Shown here: piece after piece, positions 1 to 13,529 of the stretch | Numbering within the stretch: the first letter of the stretch is position 1 | How the letters are laid out: each line of letters begins with the position of its first letter | Assembly: GCF_020745735.1 (NCBI RefSeq) | Contig: NC_083410.1 | Span: 96,682,080-96,746,079, forward strand | Source: Hemiscyllium ocellatum | Taxonomy: Eukaryota | Length of the DNA stretch: 64,000 bases | Reading direction: 5' to 3' | The notes under the pieces: model-generated | Seen by the model: the letters and a program-made list of their open reading frames with translations, nothing else | What the model was told of the DNA's origin: nothing | Databases searched by the model: none | Position numbers and translations under genes: made by a program

Positions 1-447
1 CCCTAAACCTATGCCCTGTAGTTCTGGATTCCCTCACCTCAGGGAAAAGACTTTGTCTATCATATCCATACCCCTTATGATTTTATAAACCTCTAAAAGG
101 TCACCCCTCAGCCTTCGAAAATTCAGAGTAAACAGCCCTAGCCTATACAATCTCTCCCTACAGCTCAAATCCTCCAACCCTGGCAACATCCTTGTAAATC
201 TTTTCTGAATCCTTTCAGGTTTCACAACATCTTTCCGATAGAAAGGAGACCAGAATTGCACGCAATATTCCAACAGTGGCCTAACCAATGTCCTGTACAG
301 CCGCAACATGACCTCCCAACTCCTGTACTCAATACTCTGACCAATAAAGGAAAGCAAACCAAACGCCTTCTCCACTATCCTATCTACCTGCGACTCCACT
401 TTCAAGGAGCAATGCATCTGCACTTCAAGGTCTCTCTCAGCAACACT
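1..447 (-). mobile_element. CR1/HER1-type LINE, 3' ORF2 fragment
   Basis: ORF 34..423 contains the CR1 RT C-terminal motifs LYRTLVRPLLEYCVQFWSP and RRLRGDL. Confidence 0.9.
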
Positions 448-472
448 CGCTCTCTCTCTCTCTCTCTCTCTC
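448..472. repeat. (CT)n microsatellite
   Basis: Directly visible run. Confidence 0.9.
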
Positions 473-722
473 CGTGTCTCTCAGAATGCAGCCTGGTGAC
501 AGGCACTGGCCACAGTGCAGGCTAGGTCCATCCCTCAACACTGGGCGAACAGATGGCCACAATCTGGGCACATTACACAAATCGGAAAGATCACATGGTT
601 TCATAGAGCCAACTGGCAAGAGTTCCTCTGAGGGAACTGTCACTTAGTTGAGAATGGATTGTCTGTGGCTCAGGAAAGCCTCTTACCACAGAGCTCAGAA
701 TGAGGCAGCCACCAAGAAAGAT

Positions 723-1052
723 GGGAGGTGATGGCCGAGTGGTATTATCGCTGCATTGTTGATCCAGGTAGTGCTTTGGGGACATGAGTTCAAATCCTGC
801 TTTGGAGGATTCAATAAAAATGTGGAATTAACAGTCTAATTAAGAGATGACCATGAATTCTCTGTTGGGGAAAAACCCTTCTGGCTTGCTGATGTCCTTT
901 CGGGAAGACCTAACCTGGTCTGGCCTACATGTGACTCCAGACCCACAGCAACGTGGTTGACTCCTAACTGCCCTGTGGGCAATTAGGGAAGGGCAATAAA
1001 TGCCATTCTAGCCAGTGACACCCTTACCCTGTGAATGAAAAATGCATTAAAA
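723..1052 (+). mobile_element. tRNA-derived SINE (second family) sharing its 3' tail with a CR1-like LINE
   Basis: Head with B-box-like gttcaaatcc and tail gggcaattagggaagggcaataaatg. Related copies at about 51770-52080, 60900-61265 and 63945-64000. Confidence 0.7.
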
Positions 1053-2779
1053 AAAGCCTGATAGGGAATTCAGGATTAAACATCTTTACCCCAAGAGAGA
1101 ATGTGGATCATGCCACCAGGCTGAACCACAAAAAATTGAGTTATTTTAAGGGGGAGATTAGATATGCATATGAGAGAAAAGGAAATAGAGGGTTATGATA
1201 AAAATCTACTCATCTCAAAAGAAGAAGTAACAAGCAACTGACAAAATGGATATTGAGTAATGATTGAATCATAGCGACACCTTTGCAAACTTCAACTGTT
1301 TTTATCTTCAGAATTCAAGAATGTGAATTAACAAGCTGCAGAGTGTGGGGATTTGTGTTCAAATAAACTTTAACTGAACGGGACTGGGCAGTGATCACAA
1401 GCACTGGTAATCTCTGAACCTCTGCACTACAGGAAAGGTGGAGTCAGGGAATCGATTTAAGCTCGCACTCATTTTTCATTGACAGAGGCAGGAAGTAATG
1501 TAAAAGGTCATCTCCATTACTCTGAGATTTATATCCGAATCATCCTCTGCTCTGAGATGGGAGGGGTCAGAGAGTTAACATTCCCAACTGTGGTAGTGCT
1601 AAGCAAATCCTCTGGGGGTGGCACAGTGGCTAGGGACCTGGGTTCTTTTTCCAACCTCAGGTGATTGTCTGTGAGGCATTTGCAAATTCTCTCCTTTGGG
1701 TGCCCTGCTTTCATTCCACAGTCCAAAGATGTGCTAGCTAGATGAATTACTTATGGGAAATACAGGGTTACAGGGATATGGTGGGATACTCTTCAGAGGG
1801 TCAGTGTGGAGTTGATGGGCCAAATGGGCTGCTGCTGCACTGTAGGGTTGGTTCTGCTATCAACCAAACCACAGCTCCTGTCTCTAGGCAGCTGAAGAGG
1901 GAAGATGCTATGAGCCAAGATGCCATTCCTGCCCAGGCTGGGTTGGCCTGACCCATCTCCAGGGCAGCAGAGAGGGAGGTAAGAAAATTATCCAGTATTT
2001 GCAAATGAGGATCAGCGACATTCAGTGAAAAATGGAAGCTAGCTGAAGGTAAACAAGTGGAGCTCAATGACGTTGCCCCTTGTTGTCAAATAGTCTGCAC
2101 TCAGTGTCCATGTCCCCCCCTCCCTGAAGGTTGGCATTCTGGCTGAAATTCTGTCAGTGTACTATTGCCTCAGCAGGAGCCCCGGTCTTTAACAAGAGAC
2201 AACGGAATACGGAGGTGAAGAGAAGGGAGTGTGAGATATGCTGTAATTACAAAGCTTCCCCTTTTAGATTGTCTGGTAAAGCAGAGCAAGGTCTGAATTA
2301 TACACACCCACCCTCAGAGTGTGACACTTCTTTCCAGTGTCATTAACACGAGGGAGGGCGGAAGCTTAATTATAGTCTGGAAGAATTAAGAATTAATGGT
2401 GTGCTGCATCAAATAGTGATCGGTTAAAACGAAAATTAAGCGTAGTAGCATCTGGATCCTTGATAATGGCAAGCTGACACGACAGACAGAATGGTGGCTA
2501 AGCCTAGACATTCCTTGGTTCAAACACTGGTTTTGGTTGAGGCAAAGGGCTTCAGCAGAAACAACAGTGAGACGGCATGTAGTGCTCGGTTAAGGAAATT
2601 GGCTGCTCCTATGACACATGTGCTGAATGCATGGGTGCGTTGATGCATGCACATGTACACACCGGGTCTATATGTTGGCCAGGTGTAAGGGTGCTGCGTG
2701 CAAGTGTGTGTATTGGATATTTGGGTGTCTCTGCTTGCGGTGTGTTGGTATGAGTGTGCACTGAGCATGGCCATGGCTT

Positions 2780-3390
2780 GGATGTGAGTATACGTGCCTT
2801 ATATATGTCAGGTGTATGTATATGTGCATTGTCTGTGTCAGGTGTATGTATATGTGCATTGTATGTGTCAGGTGTGAGTGTTTGTATATTGTATGTGTCA
2901 GGTGTGAGTATATGTGCATTGTATGTGTCAGGTGTATGTATATGTGCATTGTATGTGTCAGGTGTGAGTGTTTGTATATTGTATGTGTCAGGTGTGAGTA
3001 TATGTGCATTGTATATGTCAGGTGTATGTATATGTGCATTGTCTGTGTCAGGTGTATGTATATGTGCATTGTATGTGTCAGGTGTGAGTGTTTGTATATT
3101 GTATGTGTCAGGTGTGAGTATATGTGCACTGTATATGTCAGGTGTATGTATATGTGCATTGTCTGTGTCAGGTGTATGTATATGTGCATTGTATGTGTCA
3201 GGTGTGAGTGTTTGTATATTGTATGTGTCAGGTGTGAGTATATGTGCATTGTCTGTGTCAGGTGTATGTATATGTGCATTGTATGTGTCAGGTGTGAGTG
3301 TTTGTATATTGTATGTGTCAGGTGTGAGTATATGTGCATTGTCTGTGTCAGGTGTATGTATATGTGCATTGTATGTGTCAGGTGTGAGCA
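2780..3390. repeat. 30-bp minisatellite, about 20 units with three variants
   Basis: Unit gt(a/c)tgtgtcaggtgt(atgta/gagtg)t(a/t)tgt(gc/at)att. Produces spurious 10-aa-period ORFs on both strands. Confidence 0.95.
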
Positions 3391-3602
3391 TGTTCTGGAT
3401 GCGTGTGTGTGTGTTGGATGTGAGTGTTTAATTCTCTACAGGTATTGAGCAATAACCTTCACTTGTGTTTGACTGAAACTGCAGTTGTGAGTTGAGGGGG
3501 TACATGTGGGTGATGCACAACTCCACAAATAAAACCGTGCAAGCATGCTGGGCCAGTGGCGCAATGGGTAACGTGTCTGACTTCCGATCTGTAGATTGTG
3601 GG

Positions 3603-3865
3603 CTGGGTGGCACGGCGCCTCAGTGGTTAGTACTGCTGCCTCAGCACCAGAGTCCCAGGTTCGATTCCAGCCTCGGGTGACTGTCTGTGTGCAGTTTGCA
3701 CATTCTCCCCTTGTCTGTGTGGGGGTGCTCTGGTTTCCTCCCACGTTCCAAAGATGTGCAGGTTGGGTGAGTTGGCCATGCTATAGTGCTAGGTGCATTA
3801 GTCTGAGGGAAATGGGTTGGCTTGGGCAGATGGGCCTGTTTCCGCACTGTAGGAAATCTAATCTA
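3603..3865 (+). mobile_element. HE1-type V-SINE
   Basis: tRNA-like head (gtggttag...ggttcgattcc), central tgtgtgcagtttgcacattctcccc domain and (atcta) tail. Confidence 0.85.
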
Positions 3866-4789
3866 GTTGGTTCCTTTTGCATCCTTTCCTACCTGGCTTT
3901 CTAGGTTATAGTCCTAGATCAGTGCAAAACTAATGCCATTGCTGTGCATTCTTCCAGCCTGCCACAATCCTGTACCCAGCTCATTACTCTTGGCAATGTC
4001 GCCCTGCCTGTTAGACATGCCTTGCTCTGCGTTATTTTAGTTTCTCAGAAGTCCTGATGAAAGCTCACTGAACTGAAACGTTAACTGTTTTCTCTCTCTC
4101 TCTCTCTGCACACTGGTTCCCAGATCTGCTGGTTATTGCCAACGCTCTCTGCTTTCATTTCAGATGTCCAGCTTTTGTGTGCGGCACTCTGCACTCAGAA
4201 CGGGTCCCTTGGAAACGGCAGTAAACACTTTTATAGAGAGAGAAAAAAGACGCCCTTTTCTAGGTTTCAGAGTCCCAGCTATTCTCTGGCATCCTTAACA
4301 ACCAGTGCTGAAGGTGAGGCGTCAATATCTCCCGTCCAACTGAGTACCGCCTGTCCTTGACTGCTAACACTGCAGCAAGGTTTCTGAGGATCCGTGCTAA
4401 CAAGGCATGTTTACGATCAGAAACTCAAACCTGTAGCTCTCAGCCAACGCTCCACAAAGCTCAGAACTCACGGCGAATCCGAAGCACTCAGCCTTTATTT
4501 ACTCTTGATTTGCAGTCCCCACCATCATTGTTTCAGGAAAGTACCACAGGGCAACCGCACTCACGCCAACGTTGCAAATTCTCGGCTACAAGTTGCCTGC
4601 ACCATCCAAATAAAAACGCAACTTATAAGCACGAGCATTTCTGCAGTCATGGGAAGATGGTATGACAAGACAGCCATCCGGCCCCTCCGGGCTTGCAAAA
4701 CTGTGGGACGCTGCAGATGACCATTGCTGCGACAAACAAACACTTTTCTTTTGTTAGAATAAAAGGGGAGCGAGATTTGCAAAGCCTAC

Positions 4790-4856
4790 CTTGCAATTTC
4801 TGCATCACGTTGGCGATATCTAGGGGGGATCTCCCATACTGTCTCCCTGTCGCCAT
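4790..4856 (-). CDS. SYNE1: First coding exon of a nesprin-1-like (SYNE1-type) giant nesprin; gene continues beyond the left edge
   Basis: Reads aggATGG (strong Kozak), then MATGRQYGRSPLDIANVMQKLQ plus one G, then donor gtaggc. Closely matches the recalled human nesprin-1 N-terminus MATSRGASRCPRDIANVMQRLQ|D, with the same 67-nt phase-1 layout. Orthology versus paralogy unresolved. Confidence 0.85.
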
Positions 4857-5780
4857 CCTGAGACTGCGTGTGTGTGTGTGTTGTTTGAGCTGGGCTCGGA
4901 GCAGCAGTGTTGAGGCTGAGTCACTCACTGCTGTCTGACACCCAATGAGAGCCCTGCTCCCTGCAACACTTCAGGGAGCCAGAACTTCCTTTCTGCAGGA
5001 GGCTCGCTTTCCAGCTGACCCCGGCTCTCTGGAAGGAAACGCCAAGTATTAACCTAAATCCTTGCCTTCTTTAAGAGGGTGGAGTCCACATTGGCCGATT
5101 ACCGACTCTGACAGATCACCAGCAAGGACATCCCCTCCCTCCTCTTACACACACACACTGCACTGATTAAGGCAGTACCAGGTATCAGATCCCAGGTGCA
5201 GTGGGGAAATACCACTGCAGTCTTCCTGCTGAGGTTATTCGAGGGTCCGTTCAGTTATCGGACCCCTCCTGGTGTCTTCATGCATGTCAATATGGTCTTG
5301 TAGGTGTAAGGGATGCCTTTGGTTTTAATGAATAGAGTCAAACTCCAATGTATGTTTGTTTCCTTCATATGCTATGTTGCAGAAGCGAAATGCATTCGTG
5401 ACAAATATATGAAAACAAAGTTTTTTTATGAATAAAATGTATTTTTGAAATAACAAAGGTGTCAGATCTCTGAGCCCAGGAGTAGTTTGATTCAAGTAAG
5501 AGATGCTTTTGGTTTGTTTGGATAGAGTCAAACTCCAGTATTTGTTTGTTATCACAGAATCCTTCCAGTATGGAAGCATGCCCTTCGGCCCATCGAGTCC
5601 ATACCACCCCTTGGAAGAGCATTCAACCTCCCACCACTCTATCCCTGTAACCCTGCATTTCCCATGGCTAACAGTCACATGCTATGCTATAGTACAGAAA
5701 GGAACTGCGTTTGTGACTATATATGTATAAAGATATTTTTTAGTGAATAAAATATGTTTTGAATTTTTTTAAAAAGTACC

Positions 5781-7430
5781 AGAAATAGATGGCGACATCT
5801 TGCAAAATGTCCATATTACAGAGGGGGAAGTGCTGGATGTCTTGAAACGGTTAAAGGTGGATAAATCCCCAGGACCTGATCAGGTGTACCCGAGAACTCT
5901 TTGGGAAGCTAGAGAAGTGATTGCTGGGCCTCTTGCTGAGATATTTGCATCATCGATAGTCACAGGTGAGGTGCCGGAAGACTGGAGGTTGGCAAACGTG
6001 GTGCCACTGTTTAAGAAGGGCGATAAAGGCAAGCCAAGGAATTATAGACCGGTGAGCCTGACCTCAGTGGTGGGCAAGTTGTTGGAGGGAATCCTGAGGG
6101 ACAGGATGTACATGTATTTAGAAAGGCAAGGACTGATTCGGGATAGTCATCATGGCTTTGTGTGTGGTAAATCATGTCTCACAACCTTGATTGAGTTTTT
6201 TGAAGAAGTAACAAAGAATATTGATTAGGGCAGAGTAGTAGATGTGATCTATTCGGACTTCAGTAAAGCGTTCGACAAAGTTCCCCATTGGGGACTGATT
6301 AGCAAGATTAGATCTCACGGAATACAGGGAGAACTAGCCATTTGGATACAGAACTGGCTCAAAGACAGAAGACAGAGGGCGTTGGTGGAGGGTTGTTTTT
6401 CAGACTGGAGGCCTGTGACCAGTGGAGTGCCACAAGGATTTGTGCTGGGTCCTCTACTTTTTGTCATTTACATAAATGATTTGGATGCGAGCATAAGAGG
6501 TACAGTTAGTAAGTTTGCAGATGACACCAAAATTGGAGGTGTAGTGGACAGCGAAGAGGGTTACCTCAGATTACAACAGGATCTGGACCAAATGGGCCAA
6601 TGGGCTGAGAAATCGCAGATGGAGTTTAATTCAGATAAATGAGGTATGCTGCATTTTGGGAAAGCAAATCTCATCAGGACTTATACACTTAATGGTAAGG
6701 TCCTAGGGAGCGTTGCTGAACAAAGAGACCTTGGAGTGCAGGTTCATAGCTCCTTGAAAGTGGAATCACAGGTAGATAGGATAGTGAAGGCAGCATTTGG
6801 TATGCTTTCCTTTATTGGTCAGAGTATTGAGTACAGGAGTTGGGAGGTCATGTTGTTGCTGTACAGGACATTGGTTAGGCCACTGTTGGACTATTGCATG
6901 CAATTCTGGTCTCCTTCCTATTGGAAAGATGTTGTGAAACTTGAAAGGGTTCGGAAAAGATTTACAAAGGTGTTGCCAGGGTTGGAGGATTTGAGCTACA
7001 GGGAGAGGCTGAACAGGCTGGGGCTATTTTCCCTGGAGCGTCGGAGGCTGAGGGGTGACTTTATAGAGGTTTACAAAATCATGAGGGGAATGGATAGGGT
7101 AAATAGACAATGTCTTCTCCTTTGGGTGGGGGACTCCAGAACTAGAGGGCATAGGTTGAGGGTGAGAGGGGAAAGTATATCAAAGAGACCGAAGGGGCAA
7201 CTTTTTCATGCAGAGGGTGGTGCATGTGTGGAATGGGCTGCCAGAGGAAGTGGTGGAAGCTGATAAAATTACAGCATTTAAAAATGCATCTGGACGGGTA
7301 TATGAATAGGAAGGCTTTGAAAGGATATGGGCAAAATGCTGGCAAATGGGACTAAATTAATTTATGTACCTGGTTGGCATGGATAAGTTGGACCGAAGGG
7401 TCTGTTTCTGTGCTGCACATCTCTATGACT
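5781..7430 (+). mobile_element. 5'-truncated CR1/HER1 LINE with disrupted reverse transcriptase ORF2
   Basis: ORFs 5800-6228, 6244-6642 and 6646-7263 are one reading frame broken by stops. Motifs KSPGPD, NYRPVSLTS, DFSKAFDKVPH, GVPQG, FADDTK; CR1 tail ctctatgact. Confidence 0.95.
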
Positions 7431-7994
7431 GAGATTGATAGGTTCTTGAGTATCAAGGGTTACGGGAGAATTGGGTAAATGTAGAGTAATGGGGTAGGGG
7501 AATGGGTCTGTGGGTGGGTGCCTCTTCAGAGGGGCGGTGTGGACATGTTGGGCCAAATAGCCTGTTTCCACACTGTAGGGATTCTATGATTCTGTGAAAC
7601 CTAAGAGCCATGATTGGATGGTAGAGCAGACTCAATGGGCTGAATGGCCTAATTTCTGCTCCTATGTCTTCTGGTTGTGGTCTCCGATGGAAAATGCTGA
7701 GTTCATCTTTCTGTCCCCAAGAAAGAAAGCTAGCAACTGGATGAAAAAGCACATTAGAGAGATATGCCCAATGACAGTTTAACCTGAGTGTCACCATACT
7801 TCAGGTGAGGGAAAACTGGTAACCTCAGTCAGTGTGGGAACTGAACCTACACCTTTGGCATCAGTCACACATTACAAGCTAGCTTATGACCCCTTAGCCA
7901 CCAGCTCAGTTGGAGGAAGCAGGTGACATTTGTACTTGGAACAAACGCCTCAGGAGCAAGTAAGGATTTGAACCCAGGGCTCCTAGGTCAGAGA

Positions 7995-9320
7995 TAGAGT
8001 CATAGAGTCATAGAGATGTACAGCACGGAAACAGACTTTTCAGTCCAACCTGACAATGCCGACCAGATATCCCAACCCAATCTAGTCCCACCTGCCAGCA
8101 CCCGGCCCATACCCCTCCAAACCCTTCCTATTCATATACCCATTCAAATCCCTTTTAAATGTTGAAATTGTACCAGCCTCCACCACATCCTCTGGCAGCT
8201 CATTCCATACATGTACCACCCTCTGCGTGAAAAGGTTACCCCTTAGGTCTCTTTTATATCTCTCCCCTCTCACCCTAAACCTATGCCGTCTAGTTCTGGA
8301 CTCCCCCACCCCAGGGAAAAGATTTTGTCTATTTATCCTATCCATGCCCCTCATAATTTTGTAAACCTCTATAAGGTTACCCCTCAGCCTCCGACACTCT
8401 AGGGAAAACAGCCCCAGCCTGTTCAGCCTCTCCCTGTAGCTCAAATCCTCCAACCCTGGCAACACCCTTGTAAATCTTTTCAAGTTTCACAACATCCTTC
8501 TGATAGGAAGGAGACCAGAATTCCACACAATATTCCAAAAGTTAGGATAGTGAGGAAGGCATTTGGTATGCTTTCCTTTATTGATCAAAGCATTGAGTAC
8601 AGGAGTTGGGAGGTCATGTTGTGGCTGTACAAGTCATTGGTTAGGCTACTTTTGGAATATTGTGTGCAATTCTGGTCTCCTTCCTATTGGAAGGATGTTG
8701 TGAAACTTGAAAGGGTTCAGAAAAGATTTACAAGGATGTTGCCAGGTATGGAGGATTTGAGCTACAGGGAGAGGCTGAATAGGGTGGGGCAGGTTTTCCT
8801 AGAGTGTCGGAGGCTGAGGAGTGACCTTATAGAGGTTTATAAAATCATGAGGGGCATGGATATGATGAATAGACAAAGTATATTCCCTGGGGTCAGAGAG
8901 TCCAGAACTAGAGGGCATAGGTTTAGGGTGAGAGGGAAAAGATATAAAAGAGACCTAAGGGGCAACTTGTTCACGCAGAGGGTGGTACAGGTATGGAATA
9001 AGCTGCCAGAGGAAGTGGTGGAGGCTGGTACAATTGCAATATTTAAGAGGCATTTGGATGGGTATATGAATAGGAAGGTTTAGAGGGATATGGCTGGGTG
9101 TGGCAGTTAGGATTAGATTGATTTGGGATATCTGGTCGACATGAATGAATTGGACCGAAGGATCTGTTTCGTGCTGTACATCTCTACAACTGTATAAGTG
9201 GCCTAACCGATGTCCTGTACAGCCGCAACATGACCTCCAAACTCCTGCGCTCAAGGTTCAGATCAATAAAGGGAAGCATAGCAAACGCTTTCTTCATTAT
9301 CCTATCTACCTGCGAGTCTA
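7995..9320. mobile_element. Nested CR1/HER1 3' fragments: plus copy (about 8543-9195) inside a minus copy
   Basis: The minus copy breaks at ...tattccaaaagt and resumes at aagtggcctaacc after the plus copy's tail. Confidence 0.85.
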
Positions 9321-9581
9321 TTGCTCAATTGGCACATTGGGAGCAAAATAACAATGGCAGCAGGTCAGATTTAGATAGAGATTTTTGTCAGGTCCCAAAG
9401 ACTGGACCCAGCCATATCACTTTCAGGAACACAACCCCACTAGACCTTTCCTGAACACCAACAACATACATTTATATAGTTTCTAATGTAATAAACCCAT
9501 TTTACGGCATTTCACAATTGGTATTCACCAAATCTTTGACACCAAGCCCACATTGAGACAAGTTAGGTCAGGTGGTTCAGT

Positions 9582-9927
9582 GGGGCGGCACAGTAACTCA
9601 ATGGTTAGCACTGCTGCCTCACAGCGCCAGTGACCCGAGTTTGATTCCAGCCTTGGGTGACTGCCTATGCAAAGTTTGCACGTTCTCCCCATGTTTGTGT
9701 GGGTTTTCTATGGGTGCTCCGGTCTCCTCCCACAGACCGAAGATGTGAAGGTTAGGTGAATTGGCCATGCTAACAATGCCCATAGTGCTCAGGGATGTGT
9801 AGGTTAGGTCCATTAATCAAGGGCAAATAGAGGTTAGGGAGAATGGGTCTGGGTGGGTTACTCTTCGGAGGGTCGGTGTGCACTTATTAGGCCGATGGGC
9901 CTGTTTCCATACTATAGGGACTCTATG
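9582..9927 (+). mobile_element. HE1-type V-SINE (older copy)
   Basis: Same head, V-domain and tail as the other copies. Confidence 0.85.
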
Positions 9928-11929
9928 GTTCAAGTGACCAAATACTTGGCCAATGTCGTGGTTTCTAGGAATGTTTTTGAGGTGAAAGGAGAAATAGAGA
10001 GGCAGATGATGCAGGGAGCGAATTCTAAAGGATGGGATCTTAACAGCTGAAGTTACTCATGGTTGAGCAATTAAAATGGTGAATGCGCAAGAAGCTAGAT
10101 TCATTGAGCACAGAGATCTCAGAGGAGATCACAGTGAAAGGCAGGGGTGAAAGCATTGAAAATATTTGAAATTACGCATGACAATTGAAAAATTGAAGGC
10201 ATTGCTTCAGTGGGGATCAGTGTAAGTCAGTTAGAACAGGGGAGAGCAGCCAAGAGTACATTAGAATAGTCAAATCCGATTGTAACAAACAGATAGCTGA
10301 GGCCTTCAGAACAGAAAGGCAGAGGCAAAAATGAAATGAGTCATTTTCAGGGAGATGTGAAGGGACTATCTTGGTGAAGTTGTAGATATGTGGTTAGAAA
10401 CTCATTTCAAAGTAAAGTTTAACCCCAAGGTGGCAAACTGGTCCAGACAATGCAAGGATGAAGTCAGTTACAAGGAAATGAAGGCTGTGACAACAACCAC
10501 AGACAATGTCATTTGGCTCTTCCAATATTTGGTTGGAAAATCTTTCTACTCATCCGATATTGAAGTCTGATAAGGCTTCCATTTTCTGATGGGCACTCCT
10601 CTCTGCTGCCTATATTCAAAGAATGTCAAATCTTTTTCACTCAGCACTCCTGTGCTCTGTAACCTAGACTGACTCCCACTCAGGCAATGCTGCCATTTTT
10701 CCAATTCTTGTTTTTGCTTCTGATTTCCTCCATTTCCTCAACACTCCCTATCTATGTAAACTCTAAACCCATGTCCTTTCTTACTCATTCATGGGATGTG
10801 ATCAGCTAGCAAAAAATTTATTGCCCACCCTGGAGAAGATGGAGGTTGGCTTCCTTTTCTATCTACAGAGTTTGTGGTAGGATCTTGGGATCCTGATCTA
10901 GCAACAATAGAGGAATGGCAATATATGTACCTGTCCCACTGGTGAGTTTCTTGGTGGGAACTTGCAAATGTTATTCCCACGTATCTGCTACTCTTGTCCT
11001 CTGGATGGTAGAGGTTGTGGGTCTAGAAGCTCAGGGTGAGTTACTGCAGTAGGTCTTATGGGTGGTACATATTGCTGTCACTGTGTGTCACAGATGGAGG
11101 AAGTAAATGTTTAAGGTTATGGATGGAGTGCGAAACAAGCAGGTGGCTTTGACCTAGGTGGTATCAAGCTTCATTAATATTGTTGGAGCTGTATTCATCC
11201 AGAAAATTGGGGAGTATTCCATCACACTCCTGACTTATGCTTTGTAGATTGTGAATAGGCTTTAGGAAGTTGGACTTCACATTACATGGACCCCTGTGCT
11301 CCTCCACAACTGGTGTATACTAGAGCTCTGATTTTAATCACTCCCACTTTCATGGCTATGTTATCAGCTGCCCAGATCCTGAGCTCTGGAATTCCTTCCT
11401 TAAAATTCTCCAGATCAATCTCCTCCTTGAAACCCAAGTCTTGAATTAGTCATCTCACCGAGTATGACACTAGGTTCAAATTTTGCCAGGAGCAATGAAG
11501 CCCTTTGTTACTATGCTCAAGGTGTTATTGAGCTGTTTTGCTCACTGAACCAACCCTTTCTGTGAGATTTGGAATATTCCACCATTTTTTTAATGTCAAA
11601 CCTATGCCTCTTACTACTTTAAGTCCTTGATGATGCTATTTCCCATCTTGTGGTCTCTATAAAGGTAAACTCGCCATAGTCTTACCAGACGGTAGGGCAC
11701 TCACATTGGAGAGAGGTGACTGGTGATGATTTAACACAAAGGTCACCTTACCTCAGGTAGGGGGAAAGGTTGAGAAGGGAAACCCTTCATGGTAGCCTCA
11801 GCCAGTGCGGACATCCTTGAGTGAATCTTGCATAACCCCTGAATATTGATAAAAGTGATGCAAACTGCAGCCAGGATGTGCCCATGGCACCAAGGGTGAC
11901 CCAGCTACACAGGAGACACAAGGAAGTCC

Positions 11930-13520
11930 GTAAAAAACAATAGCGATAAATGATTTGATAGTTAGGGTCGCTGATAGACGATTCTGTGACAAGTGACATT
12001 AATCCCGGATGGTGTGTCATCTCCCTTGTGTCAGAGTCAAGGATATCACTGAATAGCTTCTGCTGTAAGGTGCGTGATTTATATACATTTTAACATGATT
12101 TTATTTTAGAGTTTGGATTTTGAACTAGTGGAATATGGGTTTTAGTCTGTGCGTACGAGAGGTTTAATCATTAACTTGGATGCCAGGATGAGAGAGAGAG
12201 AGAGAAAGAGAGATAACTCCTGGGGTGATTGTTTGTATTGAAAGAGCTTTACAAGCAGAGAGAGTAAACATTGAGTAACATTAGCTTGCTTTCTATTTAG
12301 AAGGATCAAGACATTTTTTTCACTTGGGAGAAAATCTATGGCTTGGAAACCTTTGATTTTCAGTTTACACGGTCCTAATGGAAGTTATATCGATAAAATA
12401 GCTTCTCTTGAAGAAAGAAGATGGCTTAAAACTGTTAGGAATATCTCAGGATGTTCTTATGTAAGCTCCAAACCAGAAGTGTTTGGCTAGAGGCCACAAG
12501 GGTTATTCAAAGTTGAAAGAGTCTAACCCTTTGCTGCCTCACAGCGCCTGTAGACCCGGGTTCAATTCCCGACTCAGGCGACTGACTGTGTGGAGTTTGC
12601 ACGTTCTCCCCGTGTCTGCGTGGGTTTCCTCCGGGTGCTCCGGTTTCCTCCCACAGTCCAAAGATGTGCGGGTCAGGTGAATTGGCCAAGCTAAATTGCC
12701 CGTAGTGTTAGGTATGGGGTAAATGTAGGGGTATGGGTGGGTTGCGCTTCGGCGGGTCAGTGTGGACTTGTTGGGCCGAAGGGCCTGTTTCCACACTGTA
12801 AGTCTAATCTAATCTAATCTCTATTGTGAGACTTATCAAGGAAGAGGCTAATGCAGTGATTGGAACCAGGGCCAGATGGATTTCATTGACCATGAGATCC
12901 CTGATTGGGATTAACCTGAACCAATCAGGGAGCCCTAGCTGACAGAATTAAACAGGAGATTCAGAAGGTCTCCTCAGTCTACGGACCGGCTTTAAGCTGG
13001 CTGGCCACAGCCCATGTATTGTGCAGAAGTAAATAAAGGGTGACTTGGTGACGGGATACCACCCTCTGTCCAGTTATTTCAGTTACCAAACTCTGAAGAC
13101 TGAAGATTGAAATGAACAGCTAAGTTTGACCCATAGCTATAAAAGAGAAGCAAACTTTCACTGGTGTTTCAGTATTAAAACATGATGGTGTGTCGATATA
13201 TGGACCATATTTTTACTGTGTGCTTCAAACTTTTTCAAATTGTGGTTGTATGTAAATGACATGGTTTATTCTGTTGCATCTTCTTTTTCCTTTTGCATTC
13301 ATTGTTCAAACCAAACCTGTAGCATTGTGTGCCTGTGTTTTCTAAAAAAATAAAACGAAGTGCGATCCTTCAATTCAGATTTCAATTGGGATCTGATTTG
13401 ACCAGTAATAACATCAATTGCAGGACAGCAAACAGCCAGCTGTCATTGTCCACAATGGGACCAACAATATAGGTGGATGAAGGGATATAGTCCTGCACAT
13501 ACTGAATATCAAGAGACAGT
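11930..13520 (+). mobile_element. CR1 ORF1 esterase remnant split by nested insertions (LTR-like piece 12064-13413, HE1 SINE, small LTR-like repeat)
   Basis: A degenerate esterase block (tagttagggtcgctgatagacgattctgtg) resumes at about 13420 with a VVHxGTNDIG-like block. The intervening segment has TG...CA ends. Confidence 0.55.
12531..12820 (+). mobile_element. HE1-type V-SINE, young, 5'-truncated
   Basis: Near-identical to the copies at 18766, 26365 and 35742; (ctaat)n tail. Confidence 0.9.
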
Positions 13521-13529
13521 GGTTACATT

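Noticed and set aside
2609-3448. Four long ORFs (210-260 aa) with His-, Cys- or Thr-rich repeats
   Set aside because: They are translations of a 30-bp minisatellite open on both strands, with no splice or promoter support.
1-4789. Second nesprin coding exon (EQE.VQKRTFTKWIN-like)
   Set aside because: Not found by eye in this interval; presumably beyond the left edge.
5800-7263. Active reverse transcriptase gene
   Set aside because: 5'-truncated, with two in-frame stops and a late frameshift.
12064-13413. Intact solo LTR with a TSD
   Set aside because: TG...CA ends are present but no convincing TSD, so it is kept only as LTR-like within a nested cluster.
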